From: a virus
Length of the DNA stretch: 64,000 nt
IMG/VR virus record: IMGVR_UViG_3300032291_002856
Location: 4,079 to 68,078 of that record
Strand: one strand, 5' to 3'
Made by a program: the position numbers and the translations under genes. Position 1 is the stretch's first letter; each line of letters opens with the position of its first letter. Below are positions 53,786 through 63,116 of the stretch, piece by piece. The notes below the pieces were generated by a model. That model was not told the DNA's origin. It did not search any database and saw only the letters and a program-made list of their open reading frames with translations.

Positions 53786-53998
53786 CTAGGATTTGTTTTT
53801 TAGCAAACGCTTTAGGCCTTCTGCTAAAATTCTTGATTGTTGTTTTTCTGCCTGTAGTTTTTCCGAAATAGTTAGACCCATCCAGTAAGCTTGAGCTTCT
53901 TCAGCTGTTTCAAAACACTGCATAGGTTTTTCGTCACCTTCTCGGTATACGCAGTAATCGAAGACTCGATTTTCATTTTCTCGGTATTCGTACGGCAT
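53786..53998 (-). CDS. small head-module protein
   Basis: MPYEY...YCVYREG..KPMQCFETAEEA, a type often seen next to prohead proteases. Confidence 0.55.
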   Translation of the reverse strand: MPYEYRENENRVFDYCVYREGDEKPMQCFETAEEAQAYWMGLTISEKLQAEKQQSRILAEGLKRLLKNKS

Positions 53999-54005
53999 TA
54001 ACTAC

Positions 54006-55592
54006 CTACTTATCTTCTTTTTTAAGTTTTTTAAGTTGCTCTGCTAACTCCCGCGGAGTTAACGGTTTGTTGTAATCTCCACGAGGTTCGGGAATCACAG
54101 AGTTGTTTGCGGAAGCGCTTGCTTCTTGCTTAGGCTTAGCAGGCACACTCTTTTGAAAATCTTCAACAATTTTTGAAAGAATGCTGTCTTCCAGAGACAG
54201 GTAAAAATCAAGTTTTTCGGAAATTTCACTTTCGCTGAAAATAGCAGAAAGCTTCCGAGTTACTTCATTTTTCCGGGCTTCGGCTTTGGCGCGTTGCTCG
54301 GCTTCTTCATAGGTTTTGATTTGGATCCGTAACTCATTGAGTTCCTCCTCTTTTTTTGAGAGTGACATAGTCAATTCATCAAGCTGTTGTTTATATTCTT
54401 CCATTTTTTCCTTCTCTTCTGCTACTGAAAGCAAAGGTGTTCTGTCTCCGTAGGCAGGATTGTCGACAATACATGTACCAGCAAACGTAATATCGTTTAA
54501 CCAGCGTATACCGTCGATTTCTTCCGCAGACGTGTAGTAAACCTCCCAAGAAGTTCCTATAAATTCACTTTCTTCGGCGCGTGATTTAAGCAAGTCATAA
54601 ACTGCAGGATATTCATCTTTCCAGATAAATGCTCTTCCTTTAATAACGTCACGGCCTTGGTAAGTATCAGCAAATGCTTCGACAATAGCCCCAACAGGCT
54701 TAGCTCCGGCGTGACCGCCAAAACCAGCCGAAGAAGATGCTATTTTTATAGGAGTAAATCGAGAGGTTCGAATGACGTTGTTTATTTCTGATTTTTTAAT
54801 TCCTTCGCTATTAGCGTTAGGCTCGAAATCAGTCAAGACAACTTCGATTTCTTTAATGAAAGGATGATCAATGTTTGAAACTTCTGCAAGTCTTAAACCA
54901 CCTTTCAATGATGCCGAACTTTTTTTGTCAGCTGCGTCCATTTGTCTTACTAAACGAGCAAACCAAGATCGACCGGAAGCCCCTCCCCAAAGTAACCAAG
55001 ATACCCAAGCAGGAGAATCTTTTGGAGCATTCGCAAATCTAGCGTTTCTTCCAAAAAATCTATTGCCCATTCTTGCTCTTTCAGGACTTACCGAATCTCC
55101 AGACACATACTTTCTTGCCCAACCGACTGTAGCAGGTTCTAGTCCACCTCCGCTTAGTCCTTCCTCATGAAGAGCAAGTCCACGCTTTGCAGCAGATTTT
55201 ACTCCTGCTGGGGGAGAAAAACTAATATTGGCGTATTTGGCAGCAGAGTATGTTTGGTTGTTTGTCTCGTCCTCCTCAGTTTCATTAGATTCTTCTATAT
55301 CTGGAAGATCCGGAATTTGCAATTCTTCGTTTTCAATTACCCAGAATTTACAAATAGCCTCGTCTTCTAAAACACCTCGAACGACTGAACAGCTTTTACT
55401 ATCTTTTGCGTAGAAAGCGCAGTTTCCACATACAATTCCCTTAGCCTTAAAAGGATTAAGACTGGCTGGAGTGTAGTGAGATCCCTCACTGTCAATACCT
55501 TGACCAAACTTTCCGAACTCGTCAACTATCTCTAATAGCTCCTGTACTAGCTCTTGTTGACGCGGGCTAAGATACTCATTTTCATCTTCCAT
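54006..55592 (-). CDS. multidomain prohead protease / scaffold
   Basis: N-terminal Cys4 motif, a PPAGVKSAAKRGL...WLLWGG domain, a protease-like core (PNAN, GGH...VGAI, GTSWE, GTCIVDNPAY) and a coiled-coil scaffold C-terminus. Confidence 0.75.
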   Translation of the reverse strand: MEDENEYLSPRQQELVQELLEIVDEFGKFGQGIDSEGSHYTPASLNPFKAKGIVCGNCAFYAKDSKSCSVVRGVLEDEAICKFWVIENEELQIPDLPDIEESNETEEDETNNQTYSAAKYANISFSPPAGVKSAAKRGLALHEEGLSGGGLEPATVGWARKYVSGDSVSPERARMGNRFFGRNARFANAPKDSPAWVSWLLWGGASGRSWFARLVRQMDAADKKSSASLKGGLRLAEVSNIDHPFIKEIEVVLTDFEPNANSEGIKKSEINNVIRTSRFTPIKIASSSAGFGGHAGAKPVGAIVEAFADTYQGRDVIKGRAFIWKDEYPAVYDLLKSRAEESEFIGTSWEVYYTSAEEIDGIRWLNDITFAGTCIVDNPAYGDRTPLLSVAEEKEKMEEYKQQLDELTMSLSKKEEELNELRIQIKTYEEAEQRAKAEARKNEVTRKLSAIFSESEISEKLDFYLSLEDSILSKIVEDFQKSVPAKPKQEASASANNSVIPEPRGDYNKPLTPRELAEQLKKLKKEDK

Positions 55593-56356
55593 TAAGCACC
55601 TCTGACCAAGTGCATTGAAAACGAGCCTACTGCTGTTTCGTCTAACGTAAACGCAATAATAAACCCGTTAACAGGACTTGCTAAAATTGGAACACTGTAA
55701 ATACCGCCAGAAACAGCAACAGGATCGGGAAAAAATCCGTATCGGGTTTCTGCGTAAAGTTCGTATGAGTTAATAAGCAAATCATCATCGAGAAATCCCA
55801 GATCTGCGTAAATTTTTAATGTTCCAGCTGCGGCAGATTTTATGGAAAATGAAAGCTTTCTCCATCCAGATCTAATCATCGGCACATACACAAAACGAGT
55901 GCCTAAACGAGCAGTATCAAAGAAATCGCCACTTGAAACGATAGGAGCCATTGTGTACTGATCAAAGCTGTCTTCGCTAACGTAGATATCGTCATAACCG
56001 TCAGAAAACGAAGGAACAAGTTCGTTTACTCTTCCGTCTCCGGCAGTCTTTAAACCGCCTTTTACAGTAGTTCTTAGAACAGACAGCTCCGTATCTAAAA
56101 GCTCAATTCCACTGTTTTCGATGGCTTCAGAGTAGTAAGCTCCTCCCATAGGAAAAACAGTTTGACCGTTATTGAAAGTCTTTATGTAAGACCCGTCCAT
56201 AATTACAGAAACAGGAACCGGTGCGTCAGAGGTACCTATTGGATTTCCGCTAGCAGTAGTCATTACAAACTGCTGATAATGAGTTGTTGTTAATCCTCCA
56301 GTAATTTCTATAGTACCGATAGTCGTTGTTGTATTCGACGGTATATTAATTGCCAT
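55592..56356 (-). CDS. hypothetical, probable virion protein
   Basis: 254-aa beta-rich ORF with a GGAGG RBS, first gene of the late operon. Confidence 0.55.
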   Translation of the reverse strand: MAINIPSNTTTTIGTIEITGGLTTTHYQQFVMTTASGNPIGTSDAPVPVSVIMDGSYIKTFNNGQTVFPMGGAYYSEAIENSGIELLDTELSVLRTTVKGGLKTAGDGRVNELVPSFSDGYDDIYVSEDSFDQYTMAPIVSSGDFFDTARLGTRFVYVPMIRSGWRKLSFSIKSAAAGTLKIYADLGFLDDDLLINSYELYAETRYGFFPDPVAVSGGIYSVPILASPVNGFIIAFTLDETAVGSFSMHLVRGA

Positions 56357-56367
56357 AGTCTTCCTCC

Positions 56368-56405
56368 ATTATACTCTCTATACTTGTCAATAATTTTTTG
56401 TCAAT
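56368..56405 (-). promoter_or_regulatory. putative promoter for the structural operon
   Basis: The - strand reads TTGACA-aaaaatta-TTGACA-ag-TATAGA-gag-TATAAT-GGAGG: two -35 boxes and two -10-like boxes, but no 17-bp spacing to the TATAAT. Confidence 0.45.
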
Positions 56406-56782
56406 TTTATTCGGTTAATGATTGCGCGAACACTTTCTCGAGAAACAGACAAACCAGCCGAATTACAAGCTTTAGTTATTTTTCTAACTGACTGATCTTC
56501 GGTATAAATAGACTGAATAAATGATTCAATTAACGGAGTTGTTTTCGGTCTTCCTCTAGGTCTTGAAGCTCCAAAATAAGATTTATAGTCTTTGCTTATA
56601 AAATCTACATCATAGTTTGCAGACTCCGCTTTTGTTATTCTTTTTTGAACTTGTTCTAGTCTAACGAATTCAGAAAACCATTCTTCAGAGACGTAAGGAT
56701 TATACATGTTGCGGCAAAAAGCGCAAAGAAAATCGTTAGGTGCCTTTCTATTATCACAAAACAAACATTTTACATATCTCAT
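56387..56782 (-). CDS. putative DNA-binding regulator (Zn finger + AT-hook + HTH)
   Basis: CLFC...CAFC, RPRGRPK and SVRKI...GLSVSRESVRAII. Confidence 0.65.
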   Translation of the reverse strand: MRYVKCLFCDNRKAPNDFLCAFCRNMYNPYVSEEWFSEFVRLEQVQKRITKAESANYDVDFISKDYKSYFGASRPRGRPKTTPLIESFIQSIYTEDQSVRKITKACNSAGLSVSRESVRAIINRIKLTKNY

Positions 56783-56909
56783 AAATCACCGCTTGACAAA
56801 TTAAAATAGGCATATTTACCCACAATCATAATAACATACAAGCTAGTTGTTTTAACGCAATCAAGCTTATTCTAATCAAACTCTAATATAAAGGAGAAAA
56901 TCTGCTTGT

Positions 56910-57000
56910 ATAATTAACAAAGAGAAAAAAAAAAAGAAAGCATATGTTTACATATTAAGTTTATGTACTTATGTTTTTCTTTTTTTTTATTATTGATTAT
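56910..57000. repeat. AT-rich imperfect inverted repeat in the divergent intergenic region
   Basis: AAAAAAAAAGAAAGCATATGTTTACATA ... TATGTACTTATGTTTTTCTTTTTTTTT, with flanking ATAATTAACAA / TTATTGATTAT. Confidence 0.6.
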
Positions 57001-57021
57001 ATCTATAAGCTATGTTACAAT
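56993..57021 (+). promoter_or_regulatory. sigma70-type promoter for the MazG-RNR-terminase-portal operon
   Basis: TTGATT-17 bp-TACAAT with an extended TGn. Confidence 0.7.
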
Positions 57022-57056
57022 GTTCTTGGTTTAATATTATCTAGGTGGAGGAAAAA

Positions 57057-57398
57057 ATGGAAGAAAACTTAATGGACTGGGATCAGTATCAGGCTTTTAT
57101 TCGAACTACTAAAAAGTATGATGAGCGTTTTAAGCTTATTTATCCTGTTTTAGGCCTTGCTTCTGAGGCAGGGGAAGTAGCGGGTAAGCTTAAGAAGATT
57201 TTTCGAGACCACGGAGGACACGTTGACGAGCTTCAACGTAATAGACTGATTGACGAGCTTTCTGATGTTCTTTGGTACGTTACCGCTTGTGTTGACGACC
57301 TTGACTTCACTCTAGAAGAACTTGCTAAGTACAATGCGGCTAAACTTTCTGAAAGAATGCAGAAAGGAACAATCCAAGGGGACGGCGATAATCGATGA
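57057..57398 (+). CDS. MazG-like nucleoside triphosphate pyrophosphohydrolase
   Basis: LGLASEAGEVAGKLKK...DELSDVLWY...KLSER...GDGDNR. GGAGG RBS before the ATG at 57057. Confidence 0.9.
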   Translation: MEENLMDWDQYQAFIRTTKKYDERFKLIYPVLGLASEAGEVAGKLKKIFRDHGGHVDELQRNRLIDELSDVLWYVTACVDDLDFTLEELAKYNAAKLSERMQKGTIQGDGDNR

Positions 57399-57676
57399 AG
57401 TTTACTGTGTACGAATGGGTGGAGAGCAACGGAAACTTTCGCATAAAGTTTACCGTTGCTTCTAACAAACAAGACAGATTAGAGCCATACGATATAACAA
57501 TTCCGTTTACTGGGGAGGACCCTCAGCTGTTTATGAGCAAACTGCGGAATTACATGGTTTCGCATGTTTCGTATATTGATAATTTAAAAGCCGCTAAAAA
57601 TGTACTCAGCGGCTTTACGTTTACAGACCCGACTGTTCATTACTACGAGAATATAGGAGATAACGATGTTACTTAG
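57395..57676 (+). CDS. hypothetical protein
   Basis: 93-aa ORF coupled to its neighbours. Confidence 0.55.
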   Translation: MKFTVYEWVESNGNFRIKFTVASNKQDRLEPYDITIPFTGEDPQLFMSKLRNYMVSHVSYIDNLKAAKNVLSGFTFTDPTVHYYENIGDNDVT

Positions 57677-59816
57677 TAAGTCATTTTTAAACAAATTTGA
57701 AGACAACCCACAATGGCCGAGCTTGCTCGGTCAGTTTGTCTATCTGCGTACTTATAGTCGGTATTTGCCAAGCAAACGACGACGAGAAACCTGGAAAGAG
57801 ACTGTTACTCGTGTTGTTGAGTACAGTATGAGTCTCGATACGATGACAGACCGACAGCGTCAAGAAATTGAAGCACGTGATCTTTTTGAGGCTATGTATA
57901 ATCTTTCAGTTTTTCCAGCGGGCCGCACGTTGTGGACCGGTGGTACTGAAGCTGCTAAAAAATACCCGCTTTCAAACTTTAACTGCTCATTCATGATTGT
58001 TGATGACGTTCAGGCATTTCTGGACGCGTTTTATCTAATGATGCTCGGAACTGGCGTGGGTTTTCGCGTACTGCCGCAAGACGTCGTTAAATTTCCGCCA
58101 TTGATCACCGGCGTAACCATTGAGCACAAAGAATACAATGCTAAGCGCAAAGCAAACCGCGAAGAATTGTCGCGATATGCTATTGATGGCGATGTAATGC
58201 ATCTTTCAATAGGTGACAGTAAAGAAGGCTGGGTCTGGGGCTTAGAAGCTATTTTTGAAGCCTTCTTTCAAGGTTACAAGAAGATTGTTGTTGACTACGA
58301 CAGCGTTCGTCCTGCGGGTGAACAGCTAAAAACATTTGGCGGTCGTGCTAGCGGTCATGAAGCATTGCGCGATATGTATGAAAAGATTGTCAAAGTGCTG
58401 AACGAAGGCACTGACCGTCTTTCGACGCTGCAGGCTATGGATGTAATGAATTTAATTGGCGAGGCAGTCGTTGTCGGCGGTGTTCGACGGTCTTCTGAAA
58501 TTACTCTGTTTGACATTAATGATACTGCTGTTCTCGACGCAAAAGTCGACCTCTGGTCCGATCCCGCCAAAGAAGACAAGCGGTTTCGCTCAATGAGTAA
58601 CAATTCTGTTTACTTTACTGAGAAACCTACCAAAGAGCAGCTTACGCAGCTGTTCAGCCGTATCCTGAATAACGGTGAGCCGGGTTTCATTAACGCCGAG
58701 GCCGCAGCAAAACGCCGTCCTTGGTACGCTGGTACAAATCCTTGTGCTGAAATTCTTTTGGCCGACAACGGTGTGTGTAATCTTAGCGAAATTAACGTTC
58801 GTAACTTTGTCAAGAGCGATGAGTACGGCGGTTACCTCAATATGATCGAGCTTGAGCGGGCAGTGGTGCAGGCCACGCGTCTCGGAGTTCGTATGGCCAC
58901 ACTCGAGCTTGAGCTTCCTCATTGGAATAAAGTACAGCAGCGAGATCGATTGACCGGAGTCAGTCTGACTGGTTATGTTGAAGCATTTGACGCGCTTGGT
59001 GTCTCGACTACCTCAGAAGACTCGAACGCTATTCGCACCATCGACCGAGATGGTGCAGGCCGCTCACGTTTGAAATTTTACACGTTGCGTGAAATTTTAG
59101 CAATTATGAATACGGTTGCTCAAGAAGCAGCTTCGGGGTACGCTGAAAAACTACGTATTCCGGCACCGCTTCTGGTTACGACTGTTAAGCCGTCAGGCAC
59201 AATTGCTCAACTTCCAACAGTGTCGAGCGGTGCTCACGCGTCATACGCCCCGTACTATGTTCGTCGTGTACGAATCTCTTCGAAAGATCCACTGGCTCAA
59301 GCTATGCGCGAATCGGGATACCCAATCTTCCCTGAAGCCACATCATGCATGCCTGAGGTTTTTGCTGCCATGAGCGATGCAGATAAAGAAGCAACGCTTA
59401 AAAGCGCGCTGACTTGGGTTGTTGAATTTCCGATTAAAACGTCGGCTAAGAAGGCGTCGGCAACTGAGAGTGCGGTTGAGCAGCTTAATCGTTACTTTAT
59501 TTTGCAGAAGTACTGGACCGATCACAACACATCGATTACGGTGACTTTCAGTCCAGAAGAAGTTAACGACATTATTGATTTACTGCTTAGTAAGTGGGAG
59601 AACTACATTGGTGTGTCATTCCTTCCAAAGTTTACGACTGCTTATCCGTTGATGCCGTACGAGGCAATCGACGAACTCGAGTACGAGCGCCGGTTGGCCG
59701 GGGTCGCGGGTGTAACAGGCTCGTCTATCATTGAACTTCTTGAGAAACACGAGAATGTTGAAGTTGACGATGACCTGGGAACTGACTGTGAAGGCGGCGC
59801 CTGTCCAATCCGGTGA
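57666..59816 (+). CDS. nrdJ: class II (adenosylcobalamin-dependent) ribonucleoside-triphosphate reductase
   Basis: YLRTYSR, PAGRTLW, NFNCSF, VGGVRRS, TNPCAEI, TTVKPSGT and C-terminal CEGGACPIR. Confidence 0.95.
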   Translation: MLLSKSFLNKFEDNPQWPSLLGQFVYLRTYSRYLPSKRRRETWKETVTRVVEYSMSLDTMTDRQRQEIEARDLFEAMYNLSVFPAGRTLWTGGTEAAKKYPLSNFNCSFMIVDDVQAFLDAFYLMMLGTGVGFRVLPQDVVKFPPLITGVTIEHKEYNAKRKANREELSRYAIDGDVMHLSIGDSKEGWVWGLEAIFEAFFQGYKKIVVDYDSVRPAGEQLKTFGGRASGHEALRDMYEKIVKVLNEGTDRLSTLQAMDVMNLIGEAVVVGGVRRSSEITLFDINDTAVLDAKVDLWSDPAKEDKRFRSMSNNSVYFTEKPTKEQLTQLFSRILNNGEPGFINAEAAAKRRPWYAGTNPCAEILLADNGVCNLSEINVRNFVKSDEYGGYLNMIELERAVVQATRLGVRMATLELELPHWNKVQQRDRLTGVSLTGYVEAFDALGVSTTSEDSNAIRTIDRDGAGRSRLKFYTLREILAIMNTVAQEAASGYAEKLRIPAPLLVTTVKPSGTIAQLPTVSSGAHASYAPYYVRRVRISSKDPLAQAMRESGYPIFPEATSCMPEVFAAMSDADKEATLKSALTWVVEFPIKTSAKKASATESAVEQLNRYFILQKYWTDHNTSITVTFSPEEVNDIIDLLLSKWENYIGVSFLPKFTTAYPLMPYEAIDELEYERRLAGVAGVTGSSIIELLEKHENVEVDDDLGTDCEGGACPIR

Positions 59817-59834
59817 CAATTAATTAAGGACATT

Positions 59835-59874
59835 AGTAGCAGATACTGTATAGTTTTATGCAGTATTTGCTACT
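59835..59874 (+). terminator. long intergenic hairpin (weak terminator or processing site)
   Basis: AGTAGCAGATACTGTATA-gttt-TATGCAGTATTTGCTACT with only a short U-tract. Confidence 0.5.
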
Positions 59875-59887
59875 GTTTGGAGGATAA

Positions 59888-60538
59888 ATGGCTAAGAATC
59901 GAAGGTTTGACGAGATTTTAAAAGATTATTCGGATAAATATGACTTAGCGACTCTATCTTCTCCGAATGACAAAGCCAACTTAGAAATGCTTATCAACAA
60001 TCAAATTATTGTTGAAAGTGTTCAATCAAAACTGCAAGAGCTTACCCAAGACGATCCTGTTGAGAACATTGACATGATCCAGCGGCTTAGTTCTTCTTTA
60101 AAAGACATCATTGAAAGGAACTTACAGCTGGAAAGAGCTTTGGCTCTTGATAGGAAAACAAGAAACCAGAACAACTCGGAATCAATTGCGGAGTATTTAG
60201 TAAATCTAAAACAAACCGCTCAAGATTTTCTAGAACGTCGGCTTGTTAAGCTATACTGCCCAGACTGCAAAATACTTCTTTCTAGATTCTCCATTGTGCA
60301 CGATCATAGCTTTTTCGACATTCGTGTTAACTGTAACCAGTGCAATAAACTTGTAACGGCGAGCAGAGAAGAAAAAGATATATTCTTTGACATCAAAGAC
60401 GCAAGCTGGAGAAGAAAGCATAGGTACACGGTGAAGCAGTCTAAGGCTGCGGAGAGTACAGAGTCCGATATTGAAGACGACTTAATTCTTGGTGAAGACT
60501 CCGAGGGAGAGGAAGACAATGCTGAAAGCCAAAATTGA
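59888..60538 (+). CDS. putative terminase small subunit with Zn ribbon
   Basis: Directly upstream of TerL. Helical N-terminus, CPDC...CNQC and an acidic tail. Confidence 0.45.
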   Translation: MAKNRRFDEILKDYSDKYDLATLSSPNDKANLEMLINNQIIVESVQSKLQELTQDDPVENIDMIQRLSSSLKDIIERNLQLERALALDRKTRNQNNSESIAEYLVNLKQTAQDFLERRLVKLYCPDCKILLSRFSIVHDHSFFDIRVNCNQCNKLVTASREEKDIFFDIKDASWRRKHRYTVKQSKAAESTESDIEDDLILGEDSEGEEDNAESQN

Positions 60539-63113
60539 AGACGCTGATTTAGCGTTTTTAGAGATTATCGAAGATCCTGTTTGGTTAAACGAGTTTCTTC
60601 GCTCCACTAACAATGGCGACATGAACAAAGTCAACTGGTCTCACCAGGAATTTACATTTCGTCCCTACCAAAAAGAAATTTTAACTGATCAAAGCAAGCA
60701 CATCGTCATTACTGGTGGAAGAGCTATTGGAAAGTGCCAGCCGGCATCTGCTCGAGTTTACACCAGTGCGGGTTATGTTCCGATATCGCATCTTCTAAAG
60801 CAACCTTCTTTTGTAACTTACGGATACTCCACAAATGGAGCGTTTACTCAGCGTCGAGCCTTTCTGAGAAAGGACAAATGGAAGAAGTGCTACTCAATCA
60901 TTACGCAAAGCGGTCAGCAAGTAAAAACTACTGACGTTCATCCAATACTAACTCCTCGAGGCTTTGTGCTGATGGGGGATTTAGTTGTTGGCGACTTAGT
61001 TGCAGTTATGAATCGACTTCCCACGGATCACTGCGTATACAACACGCTGAGCTGGGCAGAACTTAGAATACTAGGGTACTTAGCTACCGGAAGCGTTTAT
61101 TTTAAACCGTCTGGTGCAATTATTCCAAAATATAGAAAAATCGAGGTAGAGCTTCAAGAAATAGCATCAAAGCTTTTTCTGGATTACCGCAAAGACGACA
61201 CTGGAAAGATTTTTATCGAGCGCACTAAGGCTGGCGGAGTACGTCATTACATTAATCAACTAAAGATTGAATTAGGCGCCTTTGGGAAGGATTATCGCAG
61301 AGTCTTTAAGCTTGACTGGCTAAAGACGCAAAAACTCGATAATATTCGCACATTTATCGAGGCTGCCTATGGCCAGCATGGCAATCTATCACTAGACTCC
61401 GTAAAGATTAAACTCTTTAATAAAAAATATGTTCAAGACTGGCAGGAACTTTTACTTTACTTCGGTGTTCGAACAAAAACGTCGAAAGTAGCTGATTGTG
61501 CAGACGAGCACCATATTTTTGATATTGACGACTCGCAATGGGTCGTCGAAACGTACGATAAAAGCGCTGCTCACGCTTTCTGGACAAACTTTAAAGTTCC
61601 TGGAGTTTCAGTAAGTCTGAAAGAAACTTACGAACCGCCTTTAGAGTGGTATACATGGGAGCCCATTGTCTTTAAGCAAAAACATGGTATGCAGTTAACA
61701 TACTCTGTTCATGTTTATCAAGACGAGACATATATAAGCGAAAACATTATTGTGCACAACTCGGTAATCCTTGAAGATCTTTTAACGTATCAAGTTTTAA
61801 ACTCTGGAGTTGAGTTCCCTGTAACTTCGGAGCAGCTTTTGGTTACTCCGAATACTAGTCAGATGACTCCCTTACTCGATAGACTTATTATCAAGTTTAC
61901 TACTTCTCCGTTCTTAAAAGACTTTCTAAACAACAACGTCAACAGATCCAAAGGAACGTTAGACTTTCAATTAGGTTCTAGACGGCATAGATTAAACGCG
62001 CGTATTGCTGGTAGCCGCGGAGAGAACAACTTGGTCGGTCTGCACATACCAAAAATTACTGGAGACGAGTTTCAACTTTTTCCAATGACTGCTTTTGATC
62101 AAATGCAACCGACACTAAATACTTGGGAACCTCGTGTTCAAGAACTCTATACCGGAGTTCCAAATGGAATGCGAAATACAGCTCTTTATGTCCTAGACGT
62201 AAAAACACCTAAATTTAAAAAATACCGAATACCTGCGCCAAACAACCCCTACTTTACAAAAGCTGACTGGGAAGACGCAATTATTAAATTTGGCGGAGAA
62301 TCTTCAGATACGTTTCAACAGCTTGTACTTGGAAAGCATGGTTCGCCGTCTTTTCAAGTTATATCGAGAGACCAGATGAAGCTTACTCCTATAGATTTCT
62401 ATTCCTTTCGATACACAGCTTCCGATAAGGAAAAGGGAAAACAGTACGCAGAGGCACTTCCTATTGTAAAACTAAAAAACGTAGAAAGTACTCTGTTGGC
62501 CATCGACCCTGGTTTTAGCGACCCCACAATTATTCAATTAATGGGCCTGAGTGAAGGATCCTGGAAGTGTCTTGCTCGTTACCGGCTTCAGCGAATTGAC
62601 TATCCAGAGCAGGAACAGATTATTGACTATTTGGCTCGCTCGTACAATGTTTCTAAAATTTCAATAGACATCGGTGCCGGTGGCGGCGGTGCGGGCATTA
62701 TGCAGAGTTTGAGAACTCGTCCTGAGTACTCCTCGTTTGACTACGAAACCAGAATGGAAGGTGTTCAATTTAATGAAAAAGTGAACATAGCCAGCTTAGA
62801 CAATAATCTTGAAATAACTGAATCCTTTAAAGCTTGGGCAACTGGCGAGCTTATTAAATACATTGCCAGTGGGTTTTTGGTATTCTCGGAAATAGACGCA
62901 GAGGGTGTTTCTCAACTTGAGAGAGTAGCGCGGCAGAAAAGAACTTCCGGTCACATGCATTACTATGTTGTTTCCACAAGAGGACATGGAGAAAGCAACG
63001 ATGACCACATCTACGCAAGTTATCTTTGTTTTGTCGGCGCTTTAAGGTCAGCCGTCCCTGCGCCAAAACCTTTGGCTATTGGTCGAGCTTCGTCGCATTT
63101 CACAGTGAGGTAA
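60519..63113 (+). CDS. terL: terminase large subunit (intein-containing)
   Basis: FRPYQKE, Walker A GGRAIGK|S split by the intein, Walker B-like ITGDEFQ, TGVPNG, nuclease LAIDPG and C-terminal NDDH. The likely start is 60519 (track 60489). Confidence 0.9.
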   Translation: MLKAKIEDADLAFLEIIEDPVWLNEFLRSTNNGDMNKVNWSHQEFTFRPYQKEILTDQSKHIVITGGRAIGKCQPASARVYTSAGYVPISHLLKQPSFVTYGYSTNGAFTQRRAFLRKDKWKKCYSIITQSGQQVKTTDVHPILTPRGFVLMGDLVVGDLVAVMNRLPTDHCVYNTLSWAELRILGYLATGSVYFKPSGAIIPKYRKIEVELQEIASKLFLDYRKDDTGKIFIERTKAGGVRHYINQLKIELGAFGKDYRRVFKLDWLKTQKLDNIRTFIEAAYGQHGNLSLDSVKIKLFNKKYVQDWQELLLYFGVRTKTSKVADCADEHHIFDIDDSQWVVETYDKSAAHAFWTNFKVPGVSVSLKETYEPPLEWYTWEPIVFKQKHGMQLTYSVHVYQDETYISENIIVHNSVILEDLLTYQVLNSGVEFPVTSEQLLVTPNTSQMTPLLDRLIIKFTTSPFLKDFLNNNVNRSKGTLDFQLGSRRHRLNARIAGSRGENNLVGLHIPKITGDEFQLFPMTAFDQMQPTLNTWEPRVQELYTGVPNGMRNTALYVLDVKTPKFKKYRIPAPNNPYFTKADWEDAIIKFGGESSDTFQQLVLGKHGSPSFQVISRDQMKLTPIDFYSFRYTASDKEKGKQYAEALPIVKLKNVESTLLAIDPGFSDPTIIQLMGLSEGSWKCLARYRLQRIDYPEQEQIIDYLARSYNVSKISIDIGAGGGGAGIMQSLRTRPEYSSFDYETRMEGVQFNEKVNIASLDNNLEITESFKAWATGELIKYIASGFLVFSEIDAEGVSQLERVARQKRTSGHMHYYVVSTRGHGESNDDHIYASYLCFVGALRSAVPAPKPLAIGRASSHFTVR
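60735..61760 (+). mobile_element. 342-aa intein with a degenerate LAGLIDADG domain
   Basis: Begins CQPASARVYT, has block B TTDVHPILT and ends IIVHN before Ser+1. Removing it restores GGRAIGKS. Confidence 0.92.
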
Positions 63114-63116
63114 AAG

